This document shows positions 19,249-29,700 of a stretch of DNA of 64,000 nucleotides, piece after piece. Location of the stretch: positions 82,424 through 146,423 of the forward strand of contig CAZSCV010000001.1 of assembly GCA_964605525.1 (NCBI GenBank). Direction: 5' to 3'. The stretch's first letter is position 1. Every line of letters begins with the position of its first letter. The stretch comes from an uncultured Bdellovibrionales bacterium. GTDB lineage: Bacteria > Patescibacteriota > Minisyncoccia > Moranbacterales > UBA9337. Position numbers and translations under genes: made by a program. A model generated the notes under the pieces. That model saw only the letters and a list, made by a program, of their open reading frames with translations, made no database searches and was not told the origin of the DNA.

Positions 19249-20886
19249 ATGAACACTTTAGCAGACAAACAAATAAAACTGATAGCTACTTATGCTCGTG
19301 TATCTGAAAATCCTGATGAAGAGGAGGGAACTATAAAAAATCAGACAATGACTTTTACTGAACTTGCTGAAAAGAATAATTGGCATATAGTGCAAGAATA
19401 TAAGGATGATGATTGGAGTGGCGACATTTTGGAACGACCTGAGCTTGATAGGCTTCGTCTTGATGCAAAAAACAAAAACAGGATTTGGGAAGCCGTGCTT
19501 ATTTATGACCCTAGCCGTTTGGCTCGCAGATATTCTTATCAAGAACTTGTGACAGACGAGTTGATAGAAGCAGGTGTTGAGGTTATTTTTGCTACAGTTC
19601 CAACTCCAAAAAACGCTGAGGATAAAATTTTACACGGCGTTAGAGGATTGTTTGCCGAATATGAAAGGGCAAAGATAACTGAAAGATTTCGTTTAGGCAA
19701 ACTTCGTAAAGCTAAAGAGGGTCATATCCTTACGACCAAACCCTTATATGGCTATAGTTACATTCCGAAAATTGGAAAGATACATGGTTATTATGAAATA
19801 AATCCGGAGGAAGCAAAAACTGTCAAAATGATATTTTCTTGGGTTGCTAATGATGGAATGACCTTGAGAGGTGTGGTAAAAAAATTGCATCAGCTGAATA
19901 TAAAACCCCGTCAAAGCAAAAGAGATGTGTGGAATACTGGCACATTAAGTACAATGCTTCGGCATAAGGCATACATTGGCGAGGCACACTGGGGCAGTTC
20001 TTATGCGGTTGTGCCTGAAAATCCGCTCAAAAACGAGAAATATAAAAAAGTAAAAAAGACCAGTCGCAGAATGAGACCCGAAGAGGAATGGATAATAATT
20101 CCTGTACCAGCAATCATTGAACCAGAGTTATTTGAAAAAGCTGGCAGACAACTCAAAGAAAATTTTAAATTGTGCAATCGAAATAAAAAGAACGAGTATC
20201 TCGTGGCTGGTAAAATTGAATGTGTATGTGGTAGAAAACGAGCTGGTGAAGGATACTACAATAAACCTAATCGTTATTATCGTTGCGAGGATAGAGTATT
20301 GAATTTCCCTTTACCGAAAAAATGCAAAGAAAGAGGTGTCAACGCCAAAATAGCTGACGAACTTGTTTGGGAAAAAATTTCAGGCCTGATGAGTTCTCCA
20401 GAATTATTAGCCGAGCAGGTCAATCGTTGGTTCAAGAATAAACAAAACAAAACGGAATCAGCCTTAGTTGATGTTGAATCCCTAAAAAAAGAAGTTGGAA
20501 AACTGGGCAAACAGGTTGAACGATATAATAAAGGCTATGGAGCAGGAGTATTTACTCTGGAAGAACTCAAGGAATACACCGACCCCCTACGAAATAGTAT
20601 TGGCCAGTTTCAAACGCAAATTTCAAGTGCCACAAGTGAAAGCAATAAAATGAGCTTAGAAACACCAACCAAACAAGACATGGAAGTATTTGCCGAAAAA
20701 GCCAGAAAGACCCTCCAGAACTTGAGTTTTGCTGTTAAGCGTGCAATAATACTGAATACAGTTGAAAAAATAATTGCTTCAAAAGAACATTTACAGGTAA
20801 ATGGTTATTTACCCCTAAATGTCTCATTATGTTATGAAGATAGGAATTGTGGGGTTGCCGAATGTGGGGAAATCAACCCTTTTTAA
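19249..20886 (+). CDS. large serine recombinase (phage-type integrase)
   Basis: N-terminal resolvase domain (YARVSENPDEEEG…, catalytic Ser region), recombinase domain, C-terminal zinc ribbon/coiled coil; 545 aa. Confidence 0.85.
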   Translation: MNTLADKQIKLIATYARVSENPDEEEGTIKNQTMTFTELAEKNNWHIVQEYKDDDWSGDILERPELDRLRLDAKNKNRIWEAVLIYDPSRLARRYSYQELVTDELIEAGVEVIFATVPTPKNAEDKILHGVRGLFAEYERAKITERFRLGKLRKAKEGHILTTKPLYGYSYIPKIGKIHGYYEINPEEAKTVKMIFSWVANDGMTLRGVVKKLHQLNIKPRQSKRDVWNTGTLSTMLRHKAYIGEAHWGSSYAVVPENPLKNEKYKKVKKTSRRMRPEEEWIIIPVPAIIEPELFEKAGRQLKENFKLCNRNKKNEYLVAGKIECVCGRKRAGEGYYNKPNRYYRCEDRVLNFPLPKKCKERGVNAKIADELVWEKISGLMSSPELLAEQVNRWFKNKQNKTESALVDVESLKKEVGKLGKQVERYNKGYGAGVFTLEELKEYTDPLRNSIGQFQTQISSATSESNKMSLETPTKQDMEVFAEKARKTLQNLSFAVKRAIILNTVEKIIASKEHLQVNGYLPLNVSLCYEDRNCGVAECGEINPF

Positions 20887-21889
20887 GGCATTAACGAAAA
20901 ATCCGGTGGATATAAACAACTATCCTTTTTGCACGATCGAGCCGAATATTGGAATCGTCAAGGTTCCGGATGAGCGTCTTTTGAAGTTGTCCGAAATGTC
21001 GCAAACGGAAAAAATAGTGCCGGCGATTGTGGAATTTGTGGATATCGCCGGGATTGTTAAGGGCGCTTCGGAAGGTGAGGGATTGGGGAATAAATTTTTG
21101 GCGAATATCCGTGAAGTGGATGCCATCGCCCAGGTGGTCCGCGTTTTTGAAAACGGAAACATCACACATGTGCACAATAGAATCGATCCCTTGGACGACA
21201 TAGAGGTTATAAACACCGAGCTCATTCTGGCTGATATCGAAACGGTGGTGAAAACTGAGGCGAGAATCGAGAAAGAGGCGAAGGGAAATAAGAAGGGCGC
21301 GGACAAACAGCTTGAAGTCATCAGGCAAATAAAGGTGGCATTGGAAAATGGAAAACTTGCCAATGAAACGGATGGTTTGGACGAATCAATGAAAGATGAA
21401 AATTGCAGGATAATCATCCGTGAAATGTCATTGCTTACCATGAAGCCGTTTTTGTACGTCTATAACGTGGCGGATATCGAGCGGAAATTGCCTGACGAGT
21501 TGGAAAAAAGAAAACATGTGAAGCTGGATGTGAAGATAGAAGAGGAGCTTATCGAGATGAGTACGGAGGAAAAAGATGAAATGGGATTGGTTTCCCATAT
21601 CGATGATTTGGTCGTAGTCGCATATGACCTGCTCGGATTGCAGACGTTTTTGACAACCGGAAAAATTGAAACCCGCGCTTGGACAATCAAGAAAGGCGCC
21701 ACCGCTCCCGAAGCCGGGGCGGCGATTCACACGGATTTTCAAGAAAGGTTTATCCGTGCAGATATCATCAATTGGAAAAAACTTTTGGAAATCGGCTCTT
21801 GGGGAAAAGCCAAGGAACTCGGCGCAGTCAAAACCGTCGGCAAAGACTATATTATGCAAGACGGGGACGTGGTGGAGTTTAAGGTGTAA
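20834..21889 (+). CDS. ychF: ribosome-binding ATPase YchF
   Basis: MKIGIVGLPNVGKSTLFKALT (P-loop), NYPFCTIEPN, C-terminal TGS domain; start at MKIG (ORF track 20819). Confidence 0.9.
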   Translation: MKIGIVGLPNVGKSTLFKALTKNPVDINNYPFCTIEPNIGIVKVPDERLLKLSEMSQTEKIVPAIVEFVDIAGIVKGASEGEGLGNKFLANIREVDAIAQVVRVFENGNITHVHNRIDPLDDIEVINTELILADIETVVKTEARIEKEAKGNKKGADKQLEVIRQIKVALENGKLANETDGLDESMKDENCRIIIREMSLLTMKPFLYVYNVADIERKLPDELEKRKHVKLDVKIEEELIEMSTEEKDEMGLVSHIDDLVVVAYDLLGLQTFLTTGKIETRAWTIKKGATAPEAGAAIHTDFQERFIRADIINWKKLLEIGSWGKAKELGAVKTVGKDYIMQDGDVVEFKV

Positions 21890-22000
21890 ACAAACTTTTT
21901 CGGAAAACCTAGTGCGTAAGGCTTGATATAGTAGGAATGGCTTGCATGATTCCAAAAAATATGATAAAATGGAATTACTAATTCCATAATCATAATAAAT

Positions 22001-23149
22001 ATGTATACTAGAATTTACAAGCCGAATAAAGACTTGAATCAAAGTTTTTTCTTGTTTGGTCCGCGTGGAACGGGAAAAACCACGTGGCTGAAGGCTAATT
22101 TTCCCAAAGCGGTTTATTTGGATTTGCTGGAATCTAAATTAAACAGAATATTGATGGCTTCGCCTGAAAAATTGGAAAATTATATTCCAAGTGGCTATTT
22201 TGGTTGGATTATTATTGACGAAGTGCAAAAAATTCCCGCCCTTTTGAATGAAGTCCATCGTTTGATTGAAAGCAAGAAGTATAAGTTCATATTAACCGGA
22301 TCAAGCGCGCGAAGCTTGCGAAAAAAAGGAGTGGATTTGCTGGCGGGGCGGGCGCTGACATATTATTTTCATCCACTAGTCAGAAAAGAGTTGGGAGAAA
22401 AATTTTCACTTTTATATTCATTGAAATATGGACAATTGCCGATGGCATATAATTCTTCAAATCCGGAAAAATTCCTGGATTCATATGTGCAGACTTATTT
22501 GCAAGAAGAAATTTTGCAAGAGGGTTTGACTCGTAATATCGGCAATTTTACCAGATTTTTGGAAATAGCTTCTTTTTCACAAGGACAGGTTTTGAATATT
22601 TCTCAAATTGCCCAGGAAACTCAGTTGGAAAGAAAAACAGTGGAAAATTATTTTGGAATTTTAGAAGATTTGTTGATAGGTTTGCGCCTGCCGGTTTTTA
22701 ACAAGCGCGCAAAAAGGAAGTTGATTGCTCACAGTAAATTCTATTTTTTTGACACTGGAGTGTTTCGATCGCTCCGTCCAACCGGTCCGCTTGATAGCGA
22801 GGCGGAAATTGACGGACCGGCTATTGAAACTCTTTTTTTGCAGGAAATACGGTCACTTAATGATTATTTGGAATTGAATTATGAAATTTTTTATTGGCGC
22901 TCGATAACAGGAGTGGAAGTTGACTTTGTGTTATATGGCGCGAAGGGCTTGTTGGCTTTTGAAATCAAGCGAAAAGCAAATATTAATAACAATGACTTGA
23001 AGGGATTGAAAGCTTTCAAGAAAGATTATCCGGAAGCGAGGTGTTTTTTGTTTTGTTCTACGGATAAGCAGGAATATCGCGGAGATATTACTATAATGCC
23101 GATTGAAAAAGCCTTGGATGATATGGATAAAATCTTGCAGGGAAAGTAA
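22001..23149 (+). CDS. AAA-family ATPase with DUF4143 domain
   Basis: FLFGPRGTGKTTWLK Walker A; architecture typical of AAA_14/DUF4143 proteins. Confidence 0.7.
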   Translation: MYTRIYKPNKDLNQSFFLFGPRGTGKTTWLKANFPKAVYLDLLESKLNRILMASPEKLENYIPSGYFGWIIIDEVQKIPALLNEVHRLIESKKYKFILTGSSARSLRKKGVDLLAGRALTYYFHPLVRKELGEKFSLLYSLKYGQLPMAYNSSNPEKFLDSYVQTYLQEEILQEGLTRNIGNFTRFLEIASFSQGQVLNISQIAQETQLERKTVENYFGILEDLLIGLRLPVFNKRAKRKLIAHSKFYFFDTGVFRSLRPTGPLDSEAEIDGPAIETLFLQEIRSLNDYLELNYEIFYWRSITGVEVDFVLYGAKGLLAFEIKRKANINNNDLKGLKAFKKDYPEARCFLFCSTDKQEYRGDITIMPIEKALDDMDKILQGK

Positions 23150-23335
23150 GAGTAATTAGAAATCAATGTTGGTCCGCTTCTTTGTGATGATAACTTGATA
23201 ATATCAAAAAAACGCTTAAAGTAAGGATTTTGGGATATTTTTTATCTTTTTTGCCGAAAACAAGGCGTTTTTCGGCTTTTTTCATATAGTGCAAGCCTAT
23301 TTTTGGCTTAAAATGGGTATTTTGATGAATTTGTG

Positions 23336-23364
23336 TTGACAAAACTTTGTTGATATGCTATACT
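23336..23364 (+). promoter_or_regulatory. near-consensus sigma70-type promoter (TTGACA, 17 nt, TATACT)
   Basis: ttgacaaaactttgttgatatgctatact. Confidence 0.5.
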
Positions 23365-23456
23365 CCAAAGTCAAATCAAAAAAGTAGGTTGAAAACTGAA
23401 TAGTGTTTATGAACAATGTTTGGAGAGAGGCATTGCAAATAAAATACCTAAAAAGG

Positions 23457-23514
23457 CATTAAATTGCGTGTTTTTCTCAAAATCAGTGAAAACAGCCAAT
23501 TTAATGCTTTTTTT
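23457..23514 (+). terminator. Long hairpin (11-bp stem) plus T7, about 95 nt downstream of the promoter
   Basis: GCATTAAATTG…31 nt…CAATTTAATGCttttttt. Confidence 0.45.
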
Positions 23515-23764
23515 GTTAATTTAGTGAAAATCGTGAAGAAGAGAGAGACTTTAATTTGTTTCCTATGCCAGTATATATGTATTGTTGGATAATAATTGAT
23601 TTTTGATCCGATTCAATCAATATACCGCTCATCTTCACAATTTTCTCCGAATTATCTAATTTTGGAGAAAAAGAAGCTCTTCGTAATAAACATATTAAAT
23701 TCCTGATTGCCGTGGTGGCGGTTGGGAGAAAAATTAGTCTCGGAAACGAGAAAAGGAGGACGTT

Positions 23765-24154
23765 ATGAGTATGAGTGAGGGAAGGTTTTGGAGTGAATTG
23801 GAGCGGTCTAATGACCGTGAAAAAATGGCTCAAATCGAGCATCACAACAAAATCGTTGCGAAACTGCTTGTTTCGCAAAACCCACACGATCGTTTGTGTG
23901 GAATCGTGGGGGCAGCATTGCCTCCGTTAGGGGAGGATTTTTTCCTAAATCATGAGTTGGGCCCGAGCTATCGGGCAGGACAGATCGTCGAGGCTTATCG
24001 TCTTTCTCCTGGGGAGACAATGATGGTCGGCCGATATGTGGTAACGGCGGGTCGTTTTTGCACTACTGGGCATTTTGCCCACGAGTGCGGAGGATATTTG
24101 TCTATTGCCCCTGAGGCAAAAGACAACCCGCCAAGAATGCATAAAGTTAAGTAG
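23765..24154 (+). CDS. hypothetical protein (cassette ORF1, GC-richer than surroundings)
   Basis: AGGAGG RBS 6 nt upstream; 129 aa; no known motif. Confidence 0.5.
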   Translation: MSMSEGRFWSELERSNDREKMAQIEHHNKIVAKLLVSQNPHDRLCGIVGAALPPLGEDFFLNHELGPSYRAGQIVEAYRLSPGETMMVGRYVVTAGRFCTTGHFAHECGGYLSIAPEAKDNPPRMHKVK

Positions 24155-24278
24155 TTTTGTTTGGCGAAACTCATAAAGTTTCAGTGAGTTTCGCCCTATT
24201 ATTGAAATTTTGATTTGCAATGATTTGAAAATTGAAGTTTCATGGTAGAAAAAAGTTCTTTACAATAAAATATTTCCT

Positions 24279-24332
24279 ATCCAACACTCAGTTTTTTCCG
24301 CCAGTGGGCGAATTGAAGATTGGGTGTTGGAT
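24279..24332 (+). repeat. integron attC-like inverted repeat (ATCCAAC … GTTGGAT) with nested GC hairpin
   Basis: ATCCAACactcag-tttttCCGCCagtGGGCGaattgaagatt-gggtGTTGGAT; ends match the RYYYAAC/GTTRRRY consensus. Confidence 0.45.
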
Positions 24333-24421
24333 TTGGAAGAAATATATTAAAATCCTGACTGCCATGGTGGCGGTTGGGAAAAATTTTATGCTTTGTCGAG
24401 AGATGGGGCGAGGAGGTATTT

Positions 24422-24691
24422 ATGAATTTTTTTAAAAAAAGTAAGGCAGAAACTTCTGACGAAAAGTTTGTCCGTCTTCTTCGGGAGGCGGTAGGGAACA
24501 CACAGCTGTGGGTTCCCGGTATCGGGAACGGAGGAATGAAGGGCGTTTTGAACGCCCTGAGTTCTCTGAATGATTCGGAAATCATCCGGATTATTCGAGA
24601 GTCAACCTGCGGAATCGACTGTGCAGGTTGCGAGGACTTCCGACCTATTCCTGGAGGCGGAGGCGATCATTTTTGTTGTCGCGGGATGTAA
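24422..24691 (+). CDS. hypothetical Cys-rich small protein (cassette ORF2)
   Basis: GAGGAGG RBS; 89 aa ending CGIDCAGCEDF…HFCCRGM. Confidence 0.45.
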   Translation: MNFFKKSKAETSDEKFVRLLREAVGNTQLWVPGIGNGGMKGVLNALSSLNDSEIIRIIRESTCGIDCAGCEDFRPIPGGGGDHFCCRGM

Positions 24692-24988
24692 TTTTTTAAA
24701 TTTAAATGAGTGGCCTAGTTAATCTAGGTGCGTCGCCAGGATCTTAACCCTGACCGAAAGGAGGGGATACAACGGACGTAAGGCCGTTTTCGGCGGCAAA
24801 ATAGGCGGTAAGACCCGAGAAAAATTTCATCGGGCAAAGGATCTGCCTTGAGAAGAAAGTGATTCAGCCGGTCCACTCCGGCAAAGTTCAAAAGGGCAAG
24901 GTCAGTTCAAAACTTGCCCCTTCAATAGAGTTTATAATATTGCAAAATATAAATTCTTAGAAGAAAAAGTTCTTTACAACATTTTCCT

Positions 24989-25044
24989 ATCCAACACTCA
25001 GTTTTTGCCCGCCTCTTTGGCGGATTGAGGATTGAGTGTTGGAT
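24989..25044 (+). repeat. integron attC-like inverted repeat (ATCCAACACTCAG … GAGTGTTGGAT, perfect 11-bp arms) with nested GC hairpin
   Basis: ATCCAACACTCAGtttttGCCCGCCtctttGGCGGattgaggattGAGTGTTGGAT. Confidence 0.5.
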
Positions 25045-25127
25045 TGGGAAAATCCAATATAACCCTGGATTAATTCCGGAAACTCAACTCAACGCCTTAA
25101 ATAAAGAGGCAACGAAAGGAGGCAGTT

Positions 25128-25595
25128 ATGGCAGAATACATTTTTTCAGCAGACGGTCGTTTTTTTGAGTTGTATCATGTAAAAAAAGAGGTTGCTGAAC
25201 AATCTATTTTCGGTATCCCTTATATTTTTCATGATGAATCCGACAATCGTCGGACCCAGGCAATTAATTGTCCGGGAAATTGGAGAATAAAAGAGCGTAT
25301 GTGCCATAGCGGTGACTACGATGCTGTCGATAAGACAGGGGAGTTGCGTTCTCTGAAAGAGTTCGGTTCGTTTTACAAGACATTCCCTGAACCTCTTCGG
25401 TTCTCTTCTTGGGCTGAGTATGATCATGCCCAGGAAAAAAAGAGAATGGAAAAATTAGAGGAGGAGAATGGGAAACTCCTCCAAAAAATAAAAAAAATGA
25501 CTGAGGCATTAGAAGAGATTGCCTTAATCAATAACAAAGGAGGTCCAGGGTCGCGGAGATTGGTCCGGGAGCTAGTTGATTCTTCCTTAAGATAA
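25128..25595 (+). CDS. hypothetical protein with C-terminal coiled coil (cassette ORF3)
   Basis: AAGGAGG RBS; 155 aa. Confidence 0.5.
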   Translation: MAEYIFSADGRFFELYHVKKEVAEQSIFGIPYIFHDESDNRRTQAINCPGNWRIKERMCHSGDYDAVDKTGELRSLKEFGSFYKTFPEPLRFSSWAEYDHAQEKKRMEKLEEENGKLLQKIKKMTEALEEIALINNKGGPGSRRLVRELVDSSLR

Positions 25596-25757
25596 ATTCT
25601 CACCTCCGCACAGGTGATACAAAGTTAGCTCTTTATTCGAAAAGTTCAAAGTTCAAGCGATGCGGCGCTTGAACTCTATTATTGAAACCTTGATTTCTAA
25701 TGATTTGAAAATCGAAGTTTCATTGTAGGAAAAGTTCTTTACAATAAAACATTTCCT

Positions 25758-25811
25758 ATCCAACGCTTAGTTTTTCCCGCCAGCGGGCGGATTGAAGATT
25801 GAGTGTTGGAT
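25758..25811 (+). repeat. integron attC-like inverted repeat with nested GC hairpin CCCGCCagcGGGCGG
   Basis: ATCCAACgcttagtttttCCCGCCagcGGGCGGattgaagattgagtGTTGGAT. Confidence 0.45.
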
Positions 25812-26201
25812 TGGGAGATGTCAATAAAGCTCAGTTGCCGTGGTGGTGGTCGAGAGAAAATTTATGCCTTGTTGAGAGATGAGGCGGGGAGATTAAAATG
25901 AACGTAAAAGATTATGAAAAAAGTCTCGAGAAAAATGCAGTAACATTTTCATTTTTCGAGTTAGCCACCCTCCTTGGAGAGTCTGGCTATACAAAGTTTC
26001 AGTGAGTCCTCCTACCTATTATTAAGATGTTAATTTTGTAAAAAATTGAAATCTTATAGTAGAGGTTCTTTGAGAAAAAAATAATTTGTTAATGTTGTGG
26101 TTTGTTTGATCAGGAAAGTAAATCGGCTAATTTTTCGGGGGTGGTCTCGGGAAATAGTCAAAATTAAAAAAGCTCCACTACAAAAGGAGCGAGGAGGAAC
26201 A

Positions 26202-26498
26202 ATGTTAAAAATCGACCTGAGTTTGAAAAATGCACCCCTGTATCATGGTTGCGAAATCGGCGAGGTCGGAGGGCGCGACACTCTCCTGACCGAACCCGTC
26301 GAGGCCAGCAATATCGTCGGGCGCAACGCCATAGCGATGATTGAGGCTACTCCCGCCGACCAGCGAGATGTGGTCGAGCTCACTGGCCCGATGGCCGTGT
26401 GGGCATACCTGGTGGTTTTCCACCAGGTCGTCCACAAATTCCGCCAGGTCGTCTATGACGACGGGCGAGGCGGGCGGGTAATAGTGGCTCAGCACTAA
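26202..26498 (+). CDS. hypothetical protein, markedly GC-rich (cassette ORF5)
   Basis: AGGAGCGAGGAGG RBS; 98 aa; by eye well above the GC of flanking DNA. Confidence 0.4.
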   Translation: MLKIDLSLKNAPLYHGCEIGEVGGRDTLLTEPVEASNIVGRNAIAMIEATPADQRDVVELTGPMAVWAYLVVFHQVVHKFRQVVYDDGRGGRVIVAQH

Positions 26499-26707
26499 CG
26501 AGTCACAAAGGTTTCTGGAGGGATGCCTAACAACAAAATCCTTCCACTGTTCACGGCGAAGCTCACAAAGTTTCAGTGAGTTTCGCCCTATTATTGAAAT
26601 CTTAAGCGAAAGTTTGAGGTTTTATAGTGGAAGTTCTTTAAAAGAAATGAAATATAAAAATGAGTGCCCTTGCTCTTAATGGCTGGTGTAAAAACTAGCA
26701 AGTGCCG

Positions 26708-29700
26708 ATGGCGCGCGAGCAGACAAGGGTTTTCGAGAAATCGGAAAGCTTGCTCGTGGAGAAGATAATGGAAGAGAAAAAATTCAGTCGTGTTATCGTT
26801 GTTGCTCCAACTCGGAGCACCTGCCTAAACATTTCTATGGTGCTGTCCAACGGTGCTATCCCTCAGACTCTGCTTATGCGGGAAAAGAGGAAGGAGATTT
26901 TTGAGGCGGTGGATTGTTTAGAGCTGGGAGGTTTCGGCGTTGTTGCCGGAACAGGTACTGGTAAAACCGTCGCAATTCGCGACATTGCTAATCGAGTGCT
27001 TGGCGAAAATCTAAGTGTGGATGTCATTACTCGTGAACATGAGGCGACAGATCGCACTTGGCAGTGCAACACCTTGGTTGTAACACCAGGGGTTGCGTTG
27101 AATTGGTTTAAGTCGCATATCCTAAGTTCGGAAGATTTGCTGGTTTTCGATGAGATTCATCAGACTAGCGAGCATTTGGAGCTTACACTGGCGTTGGCCA
27201 AACGAGTTAGCTGTACATTCATTTGGATGTCAGCCACGATTGACCCATCGTTGTATTCTGATTATTTGGGAGCGGCGACGGTGATTGAGTGTTCGGCATT
27301 TGATCCGTCCAAGCGGGCGGAAGTTGAGTGTCGGCGAGATAACCCCGAGGATTTTTTTAGCGATGAGCGTCTCGATGATTTTATCGCCGGAGAACGAGCA
27401 GTTGCCGTTTTTGTTCCGACTAGGGCGATGGCAGAAAAGTTGTCGCGAGAGTATGGAAAAAAAGATGGACTCTACTGCTGCGATTTCTATCACGGTGGGG
27501 AGAAGGCTGAAAAACTTCGCCAATTTCTGAAGGGAGATGTTCCCAAACCGTTTATGGTTTTTATGACTATCGCTGGGGCATCATCTCTTAATATTCTCGG
27601 TTTGGACACGGTGGTTATCGCGGACGAGATGTATAAGGGAGTTGTTCATTCGGGTGTTTCCGTTTTGGAAAAAATCCGACTGGGCAACAATGAGTTGCTT
27701 CAGATGGGCGGACGAGTCAATGGACGAATGGAGAATTCGCGAGTGTATATTTTAACTTCGCGAGAGATTGATTTTCATTCGCTTCAGCCGATGGTTCCCG
27801 AGTTTGTGCTCGGCGGAGATCTTCGGCGAGTAGCATTAACTTGTGCTAAGCTGGGGGTTAATGCCAGCGATCTTGATTTGATTTCCAAAATTGAGACCAC
27901 AGTTTACAACACTGAAGTTCAGCGTTTCCGTAATCGTGGAATCATTGAGGTGGAGAGCGAAAGCTTGACGCCTTATGGAAAGAAAGTTGAGCGTCTGCCA
28001 GTAGACCCTGGCTGGGCGGAGTTGATAGTTAACGCTGAGCAAGTTGGTGACGAGATGTTAAATGTCGTCGCGACTTGTTCGTGTGCCGAGTCTCTCTACT
28101 TAATTCTTCGAAAATTTCCGAAACTTGAGGGGTTGGGTGTTAGCGGCAGTGATCATCTTACTGCTTATAACATCGTTGTTTCAGCTCTACGACAATTTGG
28201 ATTTGTCCAGAAGTCGAATGGCGGAACAGAGTATGGTTTTCGAGGCGACTGGGTCAAGAAGCATTTTGACAAAAAAATCGGTCAGTCCGAAAAATCAATG
28301 GGTGAGTTTGCCCAATGGTGCGATTTTATGGGTTTTAACAGCAAAGCAATCAAGGAGGTTGCAATCGCAATGAAATCCGTGTTTCGCCAGTTGGGTCAGA
28401 GTTTGCCCGATCCGATGGAGATGCAAGTAGTTAGTAATAACGACCATTTACATCTAGGTTTTATTGGTTTATTGGCACGTGTTCAGTCGCTGGATTTCGT
28501 TCACGATCAACAAAATTCCAAAGCCATGTCGGCTTACGGAACTGTTTGGTCCGCGCAAACTTCCATGACGCAAGCGCGCCGAGTTCTCGGCAAGATTCGT
28601 TATTGGACGGATAAGCGCGGGACTCGGAGAGCGACAATTGAGGGGACTGAGATTCCTGAAGATTTGGTCCCTCGGTATGGGCAAAAAACACCCCAGTGCG
28701 TGACGCGAGTCACAAACGAAGGTGTCGAAATCCAATATAGGCTGAGTTTTGCCGAAGAGGATTTGGGAACCAAGAATATCGTTGTTTCTGACGATGAGGT
28801 TCCTGAGGGTTTGCTGGGGCAGGCTGAAATGAAGTTTGTTGAAGCTTTTGCAAACAAACAACTCTCGGGGGTTGAGGTGGTTGTTGATAAAAACACTGAT
28901 GCTCGCAAGGAACACAACCACCTCTGGATTCGTTCTGGGGGAAGTTACAAGCGAGCTACTCTTGAGGATGAGCGAGAGGGGTATGCTAACGAAATCCTTG
29001 GGAAGGGGATTATTTCGGCTCAGTCTTTTGAGCAGGCACTTCGCAACGGCAGTGTCGATGCGAAGAATTTGCTTCTTGTTTCTGTTTCTGACAGCGAGCG
29101 AGAGTGGTTTGAGCGGGAAAATCCTGAGAGTATTGAGGTCGATGGTAAAAATTGTCTTGTTGAGTATGGGCAGATTTACCACGATACCTTTTTTGCTCGT
29201 GTTCGTTTTGAGAAAGAGTTTCTATTCTCAACTCAGATAAAAGAGGTTTTTTTACCATCAGGTCGGCAACTTGAGATCGCTTGCTCGGGTTGGTACGCGA
29301 TGACGGTTTCCGAGCTTGTCGCTAAACTATTGACCTCTGACTGCTCGGAAGAACTTCGGGTTCCGCAGACGGAACCATGGCAGAAGAAGACGGGGTACTG
29401 GGGTTGGTCTCTGACCGATCTCGGCAAGCAACTGAAGTCGGGGCTTGAGAAGCTCATTTGCGAGCATGCAGAAAAACCCAAAGCCGATGGAATGGCTGGA
29501 CGGATTGAAGCGCTTAAACAGGCGGTTGCCCTTCTCTATAAGGAATTGGCGGGACAGCAGGAAATTGTTGCGCGCAAAATATCCGAAACAGAAACCGAAC
29601 TTTTTGGCTTGATTGCCGAGGTGGCGGATTCCGGATTGGATTATTCCTTGCGTCGGCAGGTTTCCGATGGTGTCGAGAAAGCTCACAAGAGCGAGTATGG

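Larger units (their letters stand above)
12551..20890. mobile_element. putative integrated phage-like element (terS-like … Xis-like plus large serine recombinase); boundaries approximate
   Basis: Block of AT-rich hypotheticals and phage-like genes ending in Xis plus serine integrase; integrase 3' end overlaps ychF start; left edge next to a repeat element. Confidence 0.4.

Noticed and set aside
26205-26495. Minus-strand 96-aa ORF exactly antisense to the GC-rich ORF5
   Set aside because: GC-rich DNA yields long ORFs in several frames. The + strand ORF has a canonical AGGAGG RBS and sits in the co-oriented array, so the antisense ORF is considered an artefact, though this is not fully excluded.
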